From Candidatus Dormiibacterota bacterium (GTDB lineage: Bacteria > Chloroflexota > Dormibacteria > CF-121), in contig DASTJZ010000172.1 of assembly GCA_035716185.1 (NCBI GenBank), positions 16,031 through 80,030 of the forward strand: a stretch of DNA of 64,000 nt. Reading direction: 5' to 3'. Position numbers and translations under genes: made by a program. Position 1 is the first letter of the stretch. Each line of letters starts with the position of its first letter. This document shows, in pieces, positions 46,461 through 55,814 of this stretch. The notes below the pieces were generated by a model. It had not been told where the DNA came from and ran no database searches. It worked only from the letters and a program-made list of their open reading frames with translations.

Positions 46461-49168
46461 GCGGCCGCTCCTTGGGATTTGCTCTGACCCAGCAGCTGGC
46501 GAACCGCATTGGTCAGGCCTTCGGGTTCGATCGATCCTTTCGCCACGAATCGCTGAACGTGTCCATTCAGGGTCAAGATGTCATCTGCCGTCAGGTCCTT
46601 GGCGCTGACGATCATCACCGGGATGCGGGCGCCGTCGGGCTGGGCGCGCATCCGGGCGACCGTCTCAAAGCCACTCATTCCCGGCATCATCAAATCGAGC
46701 AGGACCAGGTCAGGCGGCGACTGGGCGATCAGACTGAGCGCCTCATCGCCACTGGAGGCCAGCACGACGTCGGCCTCCTCCTCTTTCAAGACATGGCCGA
46801 GCATGGTGCGCGCCTGTGGGTCGTCGTCGACGACCAGGACCCGCTTTCCATTCAGTTCGGGCAGCAGGCGATGAATCTTGGAGATGAGGGTGCCCTTCTC
46901 GTACGGCTTGCCCAGGTAATCGGAGGCGCCCAGGTCGAAGACCATGCGCTGGTCTTCGACGATCGTCACGACCAGCACCGGGATGCCGGCGGTGCGCGGA
47001 TCCTCCTTCAGCTTCTCCAACACCCACCATCCGGACGCATCCGGCATCATGATGTCCAGGGTGATCAGCAGCGGCCGGCTCTCGCGGGCGAGCTGCAGCG
47101 CGTCGGTCGCGTTGGACGCCTGGACCGTCTTCCAGCCCTCCTGCTCCAGGTGGCGGGCGATCAGCTGCCGGACGCTCGGGTCGTCGTCGACGACCAGGAT
47201 GGCCGCGCCGGGCAAACCTTGATTGGGTCGCCGTAGCGGGCGGCGCTGCGGCGTGGCCATCGTCCCCTGGGCCGCCGCCCAGGCCGGCACGGTGAAGGTG
47301 AAGGTGCTGCCCAGCCCGGGCTCGCTGACGACGGTGACCGCACCGCCGTGCATTTCCACCAGCTTGCGCACGATGCTCAGGCCGAGGCCGGTGCCGCCGT
47401 GCCGCCGGGTGCTGCTGCCGTCGCCCTGAACGAACTCATCGAAGATCACCTGCTGCGACTCCGCCGAGATGCCGATCCCCGTGTCCTTCACGGCGATCCG
47501 GACCAGGCGTCCCGAGGGCTGCGCGATCACTTCGATGTGGCCCCGTTCGGTGAATTTGACGGCGTTGGACAGGAGATTGATCAGGATCTGCTTCAGCCGT
47601 CCGGAATCGGCCTCAACCGCGGGAAGCCCGGGAGCAAAGCGGGTCTCGATCCGCAGTCCCTTCTCCTGGGCGAGTGGGCTGATGCTTTCGAGCACCGAGG
47701 TGATCAGCGCCGGCAGCTCGACGCGCTCGATGCTGAGCTCCATCTTTCCCGCCTCGATCTTGCTCAGGTCCAGGATCTGATTGATCAGGGCCAGCAGGGA
47801 TTGCCCACTCCGGTTGACCTGGAGGATGTCCTGCTGCTGCTCCTCGTTCATCGGCCCATCGATGCCGTCGAGGAGAATCTGCGAGAAACCGATGATGGCC
47901 GACAGCGGGGTTCGCAACTCGTGCGAGACGTTGGCCAGGAACTCCGACTTGAGCTTGTTGGCGCGAGCGAGCTCCTGGTTGGCTGCCTGAAGCTCGGACG
48001 TCCGCTGCGTGACCTTCTCTTCAAGGGTCTGGTAGGCGCCGCTGAGTCGAGTCACCATCTGGTTGAAGTTGTGCGCCAGCGCGCCCAGCTCCTTCGCCGC
48101 GAAGCGCTCGCGCACCGTGACCGGGGTGGCAAAGTCGCCTTGCGCGATCCGGCCGGCGGCCCGGGTCAGCTCCACCACCGGCCGGCTGATCCAGGCGGCG
48201 GCCACGAAGCCCAGCAGGAGCGCCAGGATGATGGCGACCAGCAGCCACTCGAGCGTGCTGATGATCAGCGGTGTCAGCTCCGAGCGGAGGTCGGCGACCG
48301 GCTGCGAAACCCACACTTTCCAACCGACCACCGGCACCGTCGCGAAACCGGCGACCCGTGGCACGTTGCCATCCGGATCGGTGTACCAGCTGACGCCGAC
48401 ATCGTGGCCGAGCGATGCCTGAAAGATGCCAGACGATGAGAGGTCCTTGGCTTCGGTCCGCCACTCCTCGCGCGGGTGCGCGATCACGCGTCCCCGCCGG
48501 TCGACGACCACCGCCTGGCCGTTGACGCCGATCCGGCTGTAGGTCGAGAGGCGCTGCACCTCGGTCAGGTTCACGGTCCCAGCCAGGAAGCCGACGAGAT
48601 TGCGCTGCGGATCGAGGATGGGCACCGCGATTACGACGGCGGCCTGGCTGGCGTCGCCCCGCGTGCGAATGACATCGGAATAAGTTGGACCGCTCGTCCC
48701 CGGGTTCAGGACTTCTTTGACGTAGTTCCAGCTGCTGTAGCCAACGCCGACTCCGGCGGGTGGGGCGGCGGCAACGGCGCGGCCGGCGAGATTGCCGATA
48801 TACAGCTGGAGCAGTGAAGGCTGGGCGGAGTGGGCGGCCGCCAGCTCCTGGTTGAGGTGTGCGGGATTGAAGCTGGCGTCGTTCAGGTGGGCGATGCTCG
48901 AATCGTTGTCGGACTGGATCTGTGACGCCGTGCTTTGCAACGCGGCGGTCTGGTCCAGCAGGTAGCCGTAGATGGCCTGCGCCAGGCTCTCCGCCATCGG
49001 CTCGTGCTTCTGTTGAATGCTGTTGTTCTGGGTGGCGAACAGCGACGAAATGTTCTGGGCGCCGAAGAAGATCAGGGGAATGACGCCGACCAGCAACAGG
49101 CCGACGCTGATGTACCAGCGGAGGCTGTGCATCGATTCCCGGCCGGCACTGCGCGGCGGCGCGCCCAC
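46457..49168 (-). CDS. Hybrid sensor histidine kinase (periplasmic Cache-like sensor, HAMP, HisKA, HATPase_c, three receiver domains)
   Basis: The H-box reads FLANVSHELRTPLSAI. The ATPase region contains GTGLGLSI. There are three REC domains with conserved Asp (LITLDIMMPD, LVLLDLMMPG). Confidence 0.85.
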   Translation of the reverse strand: MGAPPRSAGRESMHSLRWYISVGLLLVGVIPLIFFGAQNISSLFATQNNSIQQKHEPMAESLAQAIYGYLLDQTAALQSTASQIQSDNDSSIAHLNDASFNPAHLNQELAAAHSAQPSLLQLYIGNLAGRAVAAAPPAGVGVGYSSWNYVKEVLNPGTSGPTYSDVIRTRGDASQAAVVIAVPILDPQRNLVGFLAGTVNLTEVQRLSTYSRIGVNGQAVVVDRRGRVIAHPREEWRTEAKDLSSSGIFQASLGHDVGVSWYTDPDGNVPRVAGFATVPVVGWKVWVSQPVADLRSELTPLIISTLEWLLVAIILALLLGFVAAAWISRPVVELTRAAGRIAQGDFATPVTVRERFAAKELGALAHNFNQMVTRLSGAYQTLEEKVTQRTSELQAANQELARANKLKSEFLANVSHELRTPLSAIIGFSQILLDGIDGPMNEEQQQDILQVNRSGQSLLALINQILDLSKIEAGKMELSIERVELPALITSVLESISPLAQEKGLRIETRFAPGLPAVEADSGRLKQILINLLSNAVKFTERGHIEVIAQPSGRLVRIAVKDTGIGISAESQQVIFDEFVQGDGSSTRRHGGTGLGLSIVRKLVEMHGGAVTVVSEPGLGSTFTFTVPAWAAAQGTMATPQRRPLRRPNQGLPGAAILVVDDDPSVRQLIARHLEQEGWKTVQASNATDALQLARESRPLLITLDIMMPDASGWWVLEKLKEDPRTAGIPVLVVTIVEDQRMVFDLGASDYLGKPYEKGTLISKIHRLLPELNGKRVLVVDDDPQARTMLGHVLKEEEADVVLASSGDEALSLIAQSPPDLVLLDLMMPGMSGFETVARMRAQPDGARIPVMIVSAKDLTADDILTLNGHVQRFVAKGSIEPEGLTNAVRQLLGQSKSQGAAA

Positions 49169-49226
49169 ATGGCAGTAACGCCTCGATCAAGCCAACTTTG
49201 CGGAGAGGTCAACTCCGCGCCGTTAC

Positions 49227-49994
49227 ATGAGCGTTACGCTTGACCGTGTGGCAGGGCTTCGCGCAAAAGACCGGGCTTTGCTGGCCGTCGAACGGCTGAA
49301 ACCGCTCTATCCAGCCGCCTCAGAGCTGGACCACGCCAGCCCGTTTCAGATGCTGATCGTCACCATCCTCTCGGCGCAGACAACCGATCGGACGGTCAAC
49401 GCGATCAGCCCCAAGTTGTTTGCCAGATACTCCGACGCCGCCGCGCTGGCGCATGCCAACCCTGCCGATGTGGAGCGCATCATCAAGCCGACCGGTTTCT
49501 TCCACGTCAAGGCAAAGACCATCATTGCCTGCGCCCGGGCGCTGGTTGAGCGATTCCACGGTGAGGTGCCTCGCCGGATGGAGGACCTGGTGACCCTCCC
49601 CGGTGTCGGTCGCAAGACCGCCAACGTCGTGCTTGGGGTCGCCTTCGGCATCCCAGGGTTTGCCGTCGACACCCACGTCACTCGTCTCACCCGCCGGCTG
49701 CGGCTGACGAAGAGCACCGACCCAGTCAAGATCGAGAGGGACGTCACGAAGCTGATTCCACCCGAAGAATGGACCGGGTTCAGTCTTCGGCTGATCTTGC
49801 ACGGCCGTCGAATCTGCGTGGCCAGGGTGCCACGATGCCCCGAATGCGTGATGAATGACTTCTGTCCGTCCTCTACCGTTCGGCCCGGCCGGCGGCCCTT
49901 GACACCGACTCGCACCGGGGTAAGGTTGGGTCGTGGCAGAAGGGGCCCCGCCAAGCGCGCCGCCCGTCCAAAGGCCCGCTCCAAGCGTGCTTGA
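49227..49994 (+). CDS. nth: Endonuclease III (Nth)
   Basis: The HhH-GPD region reads LPGVGRKTANVVL. The C-terminal [4Fe-4S] Cys cluster reads CVARVPRCPECVMNDFC. Confidence 0.9.
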   Translation: MSVTLDRVAGLRAKDRALLAVERLKPLYPAASELDHASPFQMLIVTILSAQTTDRTVNAISPKLFARYSDAAALAHANPADVERIIKPTGFFHVKAKTIIACARALVERFHGEVPRRMEDLVTLPGVGRKTANVVLGVAFGIPGFAVDTHVTRLTRRLRLTKSTDPVKIERDVTKLIPPEEWTGFSLRLILHGRRICVARVPRCPECVMNDFCPSSTVRPGRRPLTPTRTGVRLGRGRRGPAKRAARPKARSKRA

Positions 49995-50532
49995 TCGCTG
50001 GCGGGCGCGGCCGTCGACGATTCTCGGAGGACTGCTCATCGTGTTTGGGGTCATCCTGCTGCTCGGGCAGGTCTTTCATGTCGACCTCGGGCACTATGGC
50101 TGGCCACTCTGGATCATCGCCCCGGGAATCCTTCTCCTGATCCTGGCTGGGACCTCACGCGGCTTTTTCGGCGAGGGCCTGGCGATCGTGGGCAGCATCA
50201 CGACAATGACGGGCCTGGTCCTGCTGGTTCAGAATTCGACCGATCATTACAGCAGCTGGGCCTACGCCTGGGCGCTCATCTTCCCTGGATCCGTCGGGAT
50301 CGGCATGATCCTGTATGGCCTGACGGCGGGGCGGGCGGGTAACGTCCGCGCCGGGATGCGGCTGCTCGTCATCGGTGTGCTGCTCTTCCTGCTGGGCGCC
50401 GCTTTCTTCGAGGGCGTCATCTGGGGCGGGAACGAGTTCGGGACGTCAGCCGGTGTGATCGCCGGCATCGTGATCATCGTGCTCGGCGCAGTGCTGGTGC
50501 TGCTCAACCTGACTTCAAGACGGCGGGGCTAG
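49987..50532 (+). CDS. Hypothetical integral membrane protein
   Basis: It has 5-6 TM helices and a GTG start overlapping the nth 3' end. The track ORF from 49933 over-extends. Confidence 0.5.
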   Translation: MLDRWRARPSTILGGLLIVFGVILLLGQVFHVDLGHYGWPLWIIAPGILLLILAGTSRGFFGEGLAIVGSITTMTGLVLLVQNSTDHYSSWAYAWALIFPGSVGIGMILYGLTAGRAGNVRAGMRLLVIGVLLFLLGAAFFEGVIWGGNEFGTSAGVIAGIVIIVLGAVLVLLNLTSRRRG

Positions 50533-50552
50533 CCAGCCTTAGACTAGGCGGG

Positions 50553-51596
50553 GTGCGAATTGGTGTACTGACCGGCGGTGGTGACGCGCCCGGGCTCAAC
50601 GCCGCCATCCGGGGGGTGGCCCGGCGCAGCTTTCAGAAAGGCTTTCAGGTTACCGGGATCAAGAACGGCTGGGCCGGCGTCCTGGGCCAGGGCGACATGG
50701 AGGACCTCTCCCCAACGTCGGTCCGCGGAATCCTGCCGCTGGGTGGGACGATCCTGGGCACCTCGAGGACCAACCCGCTCAAAGAGAAGGATGGGATCGC
50801 GCGGATCATCCAGCTGCTGCGCGGCCGGAGCATCGACGGCCTGGTGGCCATCGGTGGCGATGACACGCTCTCGGTTGCGGCCGCGATGAGCGATGCCGGC
50901 TTCCCCGTCGTTGGGGTGCCCAAGACCATCGACAACGACCTCTCCGTTACCGAGTTCTGCATCGGCTTCGACACGGCGGTGGGCGTGGTGGTGGAGTCGC
51001 TCGATCGGCTGCACACCACGGCATCGGCGCATCACCGGGTCATGGTGGTCGAAGTGATGGGCCGCGATACCGGCTGGGTGGCGATGGTCGGCGGTCTCGC
51101 CGGCGGCGCCGACATGATCATGATTCCCGAAGTCGAGATTTCCTTCGACGCAGTCGTCGAGCACCTCCGCAAGCGGAGGTCGGAGGGAAAGGACTTCAGC
51201 ATCATCGTCGTTGCCGAGGGCGTGAAAATGCGCGAGCTCGAGCCGGCCATGGCCGTTGCGGCAGCTGCCGAGAAGCGCGACGCGTTTGGCCACGTCCAGC
51301 TCGCCAAGCAGGGCATTGGGGAAGCGCTCAGCACCAGGATCGAAGAGGCAACCGGGTTCGAAACCCGGGTCACGGTACTCGGTCACGTGCAACGTGGTGG
51401 CTCGCCGTCGCCGGTGGATCGCATCTGGGCGACGCGGTTGGGAGTTGCCGCCGCCGATCTGCTTGCGGACGGCAAGGCCGGCGTCATCCCTATCCGCAAA
51501 AACGGGCAGGTCGCGGTGGTGCCGCTGCGCGAGGTGATTGCCGAGACGCGTCGCGTCCCGCGCGAACTCTACGACCTGCAGCAGGTCTTCGGCTAG
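50553..51596 (+). CDS. pfkA: 6-phosphofructokinase
   Basis: The motifs MRIGVLTGGGDAPGLNAAIRGV, GGDDTLSVAA and MGRDTGW are present. Length is 347 aa. Confidence 0.9.
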   Translation: MRIGVLTGGGDAPGLNAAIRGVARRSFQKGFQVTGIKNGWAGVLGQGDMEDLSPTSVRGILPLGGTILGTSRTNPLKEKDGIARIIQLLRGRSIDGLVAIGGDDTLSVAAAMSDAGFPVVGVPKTIDNDLSVTEFCIGFDTAVGVVVESLDRLHTTASAHHRVMVVEVMGRDTGWVAMVGGLAGGADMIMIPEVEISFDAVVEHLRKRRSEGKDFSIIVVAEGVKMRELEPAMAVAAAAEKRDAFGHVQLAKQGIGEALSTRIEEATGFETRVTVLGHVQRGGSPSPVDRIWATRLGVAAADLLADGKAGVIPIRKNGQVAVVPLREVIAETRRVPRELYDLQQVFG

Positions 51597-54019
51597 CTGG
51601 CCTTTCGCTTCTGCCGGTAGAGGGTGGCGTCGGCGGCGGCGAGCAGCTCCTCAGCGGTGCTGCCATTCTCGGGGAAGGTCGCGATCCCGAGGCTTACCCC
51701 AGGGATCTGGAGCAGCTCCCGACCGGCCATGAAGCGGTGGCGGGTGACGCCGTCCGCGATCCGCGCGGCGACGCTCGCGGCCGCGGCGGCGTTGGTAGCC
51801 GGCAGCAAAACGATGAACTCGTCCCCACCGTACCGGGCGACGATGTCCTCGCCTCGGACGGCATCCATCAACGCATTCGAGACTTCGCGCAGCAGCGCAT
51901 CGCCGGCCAGGTGGCCATAGGTGTCGTTGATGCGTTTGAGGTCATCCACGTCCAGAAACAGAATGGAAAAGTTCTCATCCCGGCTGCCCGCACGCGCGAT
52001 TGCCTGCTGAGTCCGCTCGAGGAACATACGGCGGTTGTAAAGTCGGGTGAGCGGATCGTGGCTCGCCTCGCGCTTCAAGGTGTCATGCAGTTGGGCGACC
52101 TCGAGACAGGAGGCGAGCTGTGATCCGACGGCCGTCATCAGGGCCACGTCGGCTTCGGAAAAGACATCCGCCTGCTGGCTCTCGGCGTTGAGCACGCCGA
52201 CGACGCGTCCGCGGCTGATCAAGGGGAAGGCAATCTCCGATCGAACCTGTTCGTCGAGACCGACATAGCGAGGCTCCTTGCGCACGTCGCCGATGATTTG
52301 CGGCGCGCCATGCGCAAAGACCCATCCCGTGACACCCTGATTCAGCGCGATGGTCATTCCGGTGATATCGGCCTTGTAACCGCTGTGGGCGCCGACCCGC
52401 AACCCGCCCTTCTCGCCGGGCAACAGCACGGCGACCATGTAGTACCCCATCACGTCCCGAATGATGTCCACGATGCGGTTGAGAAGCGTGCTGAGATCGA
52501 GCACCGCGGTCATCTCCTGCGCAATTCGGTAGATGATCCGCAGTTCGCGGGAATCGGCCACGCTCAGGATGTCACGGCGACCCGTGGGAGTAGCGACCGG
52601 CTCGGAGCTCAGCAGCGACGCGTGCATCTCGCTGTACCACGGCTCGTTGCGGGAGGCGGCCTCGCGACACATGCTGACGAACGCGGTTGTCAGCGCCGGG
52701 TCGAGATTGACGCCCGCGAACCGCGTCATCTCCTCCAGCCCCTCGTCTATTGTTGTGCCGGTTTTGTGGGGCAGGTCGAAGGTGACGTTGAAGAACGCGT
52801 TGATCACCGAGATCAGCCTGGTCTCGAGCGGGATCGCTTCGCCCCGCAGTCCATCCGGGTAGCCCTCACCGTTGAACCACTCGTGGTGTGACCGAACCAC
52901 GGGGGCAAGCCCCGCCAGCGGCGGAAACCTGGCCAGCAAATCGGCCGCCACCACCGGGTGCGTCATCATCTGCGCTCGTTCCTCGGCGTCGAGACGGCCT
53001 CGCTTCTTGATGATGCTGTCGGGTAGGCTCAGCTTGCCGAGGTCCTGGATAAGGGCGGCGTGATGGATTCGCCGTCTGTGAACGGGGTCCAGTCCCCGAT
53101 AGGCGGCGAAGCGTTCGGCCAATTCGGCATGTTCTGGCGCTCGCGAGCGGAGCGCCTCGCGCATCTCAATCGCTCCGGCGAGCGTCAGAACCGCGGCCTC
53201 TTCCAGCTGGCGTGACTCGGCCAGCAAGCGTGCCGTTTCGAGGGCCGCCGCGGTCTGGTTGGCGAAGGCCATGACCGCCGGAAGGTCCGTTTCCTTCAGG
53301 GCTGGGCCCATGACGGTGATCGCCCCGATGGCGCGGTCGCCCACCACCAGCGGCGCCGACACAACAGCGTGCATCTGCAACAGCTCGCCGATCTGGCGAG
53401 CGTTGGCCACCTTGTCTGCTGGCAATGTGACCGCGACGCGTCCAACCACCTCGTCGGGGTCACCGATGTACCGGGGTTGGAGCGTGGTGCACACCTGACG
53501 AAGAACCGGGACGCGCTCGAAAGGCAGAAATAACCCAGGCTCGAGGTTCCCCCGCAAGCCGGCAAGCTGGGCTGCGGGAGCCAGCACCTGATGAAACGCC
53601 AGGGTCAGCCCCTTCCCGTCTGGAGTTGCGTCGAAGATAAAGGTCGAAAGCCCGGCCTCCCCGAGCCGGCTCGCCACGGCCTCGAGGATCGCGGCGCGGT
53701 CGGGGCTCTGCAAAGCCTGCAGGCCGGCGTCGTTCAGCGCTCTCAGCAGCGCGCCCGTTGGGACCGCTGCAGGCGCGGGTTGGCCGCCCCGTTCCCCGGC
53801 CACCCTGGGAAGAAACTGGGCGAAGCCCGCCTCGGCCAGCCGCTCCGCACGGAAAAACCAGACCCTGCCGATCTTTTCCGCGGGCAGGCGCCCATCCCGG
53901 GCCTGCCGCCGCACCACCTCGGGGTGGCGATGGATCATCGCCGCCACCTCCTCGACGGACAGCAAGTTCGGCAGCTTCGACGCTAGTGGCACCGACGGTT
54001 GTGTGACGCGACGATTCAC
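51593..54019 (-). CDS. Multidomain c-di-GMP signalling protein: excisionase-type HTH, GAF domains, HD-GYP phosphodiesterase, C-terminal GGDEF diguanylate cyclase
   Basis: The HTH reads LLSVEEVAAMIHRHPEVVRRQARDGRLPAEKIGRVWFF. HD-GYP is HHEWFNGEGYPDGL. GGDEF is RYGGDEFIVLL. The track ORF runs to 54118, but a later GTG (about 54019) avoids overlap with the divergent gene. The start is uncertain. Confidence 0.8.
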   Translation of the reverse strand: MNRRVTQPSVPLASKLPNLLSVEEVAAMIHRHPEVVRRQARDGRLPAEKIGRVWFFRAERLAEAGFAQFLPRVAGERGGQPAPAAVPTGALLRALNDAGLQALQSPDRAAILEAVASRLGEAGLSTFIFDATPDGKGLTLAFHQVLAPAAQLAGLRGNLEPGLFLPFERVPVLRQVCTTLQPRYIGDPDEVVGRVAVTLPADKVANARQIGELLQMHAVVSAPLVVGDRAIGAITVMGPALKETDLPAVMAFANQTAAALETARLLAESRQLEEAAVLTLAGAIEMREALRSRAPEHAELAERFAAYRGLDPVHRRRIHHAALIQDLGKLSLPDSIIKKRGRLDAEERAQMMTHPVVAADLLARFPPLAGLAPVVRSHHEWFNGEGYPDGLRGEAIPLETRLISVINAFFNVTFDLPHKTGTTIDEGLEEMTRFAGVNLDPALTTAFVSMCREAASRNEPWYSEMHASLLSSEPVATPTGRRDILSVADSRELRIIYRIAQEMTAVLDLSTLLNRIVDIIRDVMGYYMVAVLLPGEKGGLRVGAHSGYKADITGMTIALNQGVTGWVFAHGAPQIIGDVRKEPRYVGLDEQVRSEIAFPLISRGRVVGVLNAESQQADVFSEADVALMTAVGSQLASCLEVAQLHDTLKREASHDPLTRLYNRRMFLERTQQAIARAGSRDENFSILFLDVDDLKRINDTYGHLAGDALLREVSNALMDAVRGEDIVARYGGDEFIVLLPATNAAAAASVAARIADGVTRHRFMAGRELLQIPGVSLGIATFPENGSTAEELLAAADATLYRQKRKAS

Positions 54020-54089
54020 TCCTCCCTGCAACGAAGGAAGGTCCGAGTTCCTACGTCTTATTGCCGTGGACCCGTTGCCGTCCGGACCG

Positions 54090-55076
54090 ATGCCCGAGCG
54101 CCGGACCATCCTGGTCACCGATGACAGCAGCGCGAACCGCGATCTCCTCTCGGGTCAACTGTCGACGCTTGGCTTCTGGACAGAGGCTGCGACCAACGGC
54201 CAGGAGGCGATCAATGCGGCCCGCCGGTTGAAGCCGGACTTGATCCTGATGGACGTCGAAATGCCGGTAATGAATGGGCACGAGGCCTGCAAGCGGCTGA
54301 AGTCGGATCCCCAGACCGCCGACATCCCGGTCCTGATGATGACCGGCTTCGATCCTCGGCCGGAACGGCTGAAGATGGTGGAAGCCGGAGGCGACGACCT
54401 GATCATCAAGCCCATCCCGATGCGCGACCTGCAGGTTCGGGTTCGTGCCTTGCTCCGACTCAAGGAACTGCGCAAGGACCTTCGTAGCACCCAGGAAAGC
54501 CTCCGAGAGCTGGTCAAGAGGGAGAACCCAACCGAATCCAAGGAACCCTTCGACGACCGCGTTGCTCTCACGGCACAAGCGCTGGCGCGGCTGATCGGCA
54601 TGGACGCCGAAGATCAGGAGGTGGCGTTCCACGCGGGCCTGCTTCACGACATTGGGCAGATCGGCTTGCCCGAGGAACTGCTGAACAAGCAGGGGAGCTA
54701 TACACCTGAGGAATTTGCCCAGATCCAGAAGCACACCATTCTGGGTGCCGAAATCGCGGGTCCCTTCCGTCCGGCTTCCGTGCTGGCGCCCGCCATCCGG
54801 CACCACCACGAACGCTGGGATGGCAGCGGCTACCCCGACAAGCTGCAGGGGCCGGCAATCCCGATGATGGCGCGCATCGTGGCCGTCGCCGACGCCTTCC
54901 ACGCCATGATCACCGACCGTCCCTATCGCCCGCGGCGGACGGTCGCCAAAGCCCTCGAGATCCTGGCGGCTGGTTCTGGCAGCCAATGGGACCCGCGCTT
55001 GACCTCGGCCTTCGCCACGTCGTCGCTGCCGCAACGCCTTGCCGGCACCCAGGGCGAAGAAGCCAAGATCGCCTAA
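54090..55076 (+). CDS. Response regulator with HD-GYP phosphodiesterase output domain
   Basis: The receiver is RTILVTDDSSANRDLL...LILMDVEMPVMNG. HD-GYP is HHERWDGSGYPDKL. Confidence 0.8.
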   Translation: MPERRTILVTDDSSANRDLLSGQLSTLGFWTEAATNGQEAINAARRLKPDLILMDVEMPVMNGHEACKRLKSDPQTADIPVLMMTGFDPRPERLKMVEAGGDDLIIKPIPMRDLQVRVRALLRLKELRKDLRSTQESLRELVKRENPTESKEPFDDRVALTAQALARLIGMDAEDQEVAFHAGLLHDIGQIGLPEELLNKQGSYTPEEFAQIQKHTILGAEIAGPFRPASVLAPAIRHHHERWDGSGYPDKLQGPAIPMMARIVAVADAFHAMITDRPYRPRRTVAKALEILAAGSGSQWDPRLTSAFATSSLPQRLAGTQGEEAKIA

Positions 55077-55120
55077 AAACAGTTCGGCCGGCGCGAGGCC
55101 GGCCGAACCAGTTGGTTTGT
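55075..55120. terminator. Bidirectional intrinsic terminator: 11-bp perfect stem GTTCGGCCGGC-GCGAG-GCCGGCCGAAC
   Basis: The stem is at 55082-55092 and 55098-55108. On the minus strand it is followed by TGTTTTTAG (T5), terminating the pilin gene. On the plus strand it is followed by CAGTTGGTTTG. It sits between convergent genes ending at 55076 (+) and 55131 (-). Confidence 0.65.
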
Positions 55121-55130
55121 CGTCAGTCGG

Positions 55131-55607
55131 TTACGGGTTGTACGCGGCGCAGTTGGCGTTGCCGACGATCGTCCCGGTCACGGTGCCCTGCGGGGCGGTC
55201 TTGTAGACGAACCGCTCCTGGCCGTTTGCGGGCGCCGTCCAGCCGGCGGTCGTGCTGTGCAGCAGGTTGGCCATGATCAGCTCCTGCTCATTGACGAATT
55301 GTGGTTGTGCCGCTGCTCCACCCGGGTTCGTCAAGTCACCGGCACCCGGCAGGGTGGCCGGCGTCGCCGTGCCAGCCGGATAGACACCGTAGAGGTTGTA
55401 GTAGAGGTCGGCGGCACCCTGGATGGTGGCGCCGTCGGTCTTCATCCCGTTGCAGGCGGCGCTGGCATTCACACCGGAGATGTTGAAGAGGACGATGGCG
55501 GCCAGCACGCCCAGGATCGCGATAACGACGAGCAGCTCGACGAGGGTGAACCCTCCCTGGCTGCGGTGCGAGCGGCGCCGCGCATCTTTGAGAATTTGGC
55601 GAAGCAT
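55131..55607 (-). CDS. Type IV pilin (prepilin-type N-terminal cleavage/methylation domain)
   Basis: The class III signal is GGFTLVELLVVIAILGVLAAI. Length is 158 aa. Confidence 0.8.
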   Translation of the reverse strand: MLRQILKDARRRSHRSQGGFTLVELLVVIAILGVLAAIVLFNISGVNASAACNGMKTDGATIQGAADLYYNLYGVYPAGTATPATLPGAGDLTNPGGAAAQPQFVNEQELIMANLLHSTTAGWTAPANGQERFVYKTAPQGTVTGTIVGNANCAAYNP

Positions 55608-55814
55608 GGTTGTGCGAATTACCTCCTTACTGATGTCGAGCTTAGGTACGGTTTCTTGCGAGAATCGTGAAAGTACGTTCAGCGCAGTAGCAGCTGTGTG
55701 ACGGCGACCGTTATCGCGCTGCTGAGCAGCACGGCCACGGCGATCGCGATCACTGCTCGGGTGTGGCTGGGCGCTGGCGGTGGAGCGAAATCGACGCCCA
55801 CCCCGGGCGCGCGA

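Noticed and set aside
55608-55814. 207-bp gap between pilM and the pilin gene, including the C-terminal hydrophobic tail of track ORF 55679..56113
   Set aside because: I looked for a PilN/PilO-like small TM ORF. No ORF with a start and RBS was convincing. The region is more likely the pilin promoter/leader.
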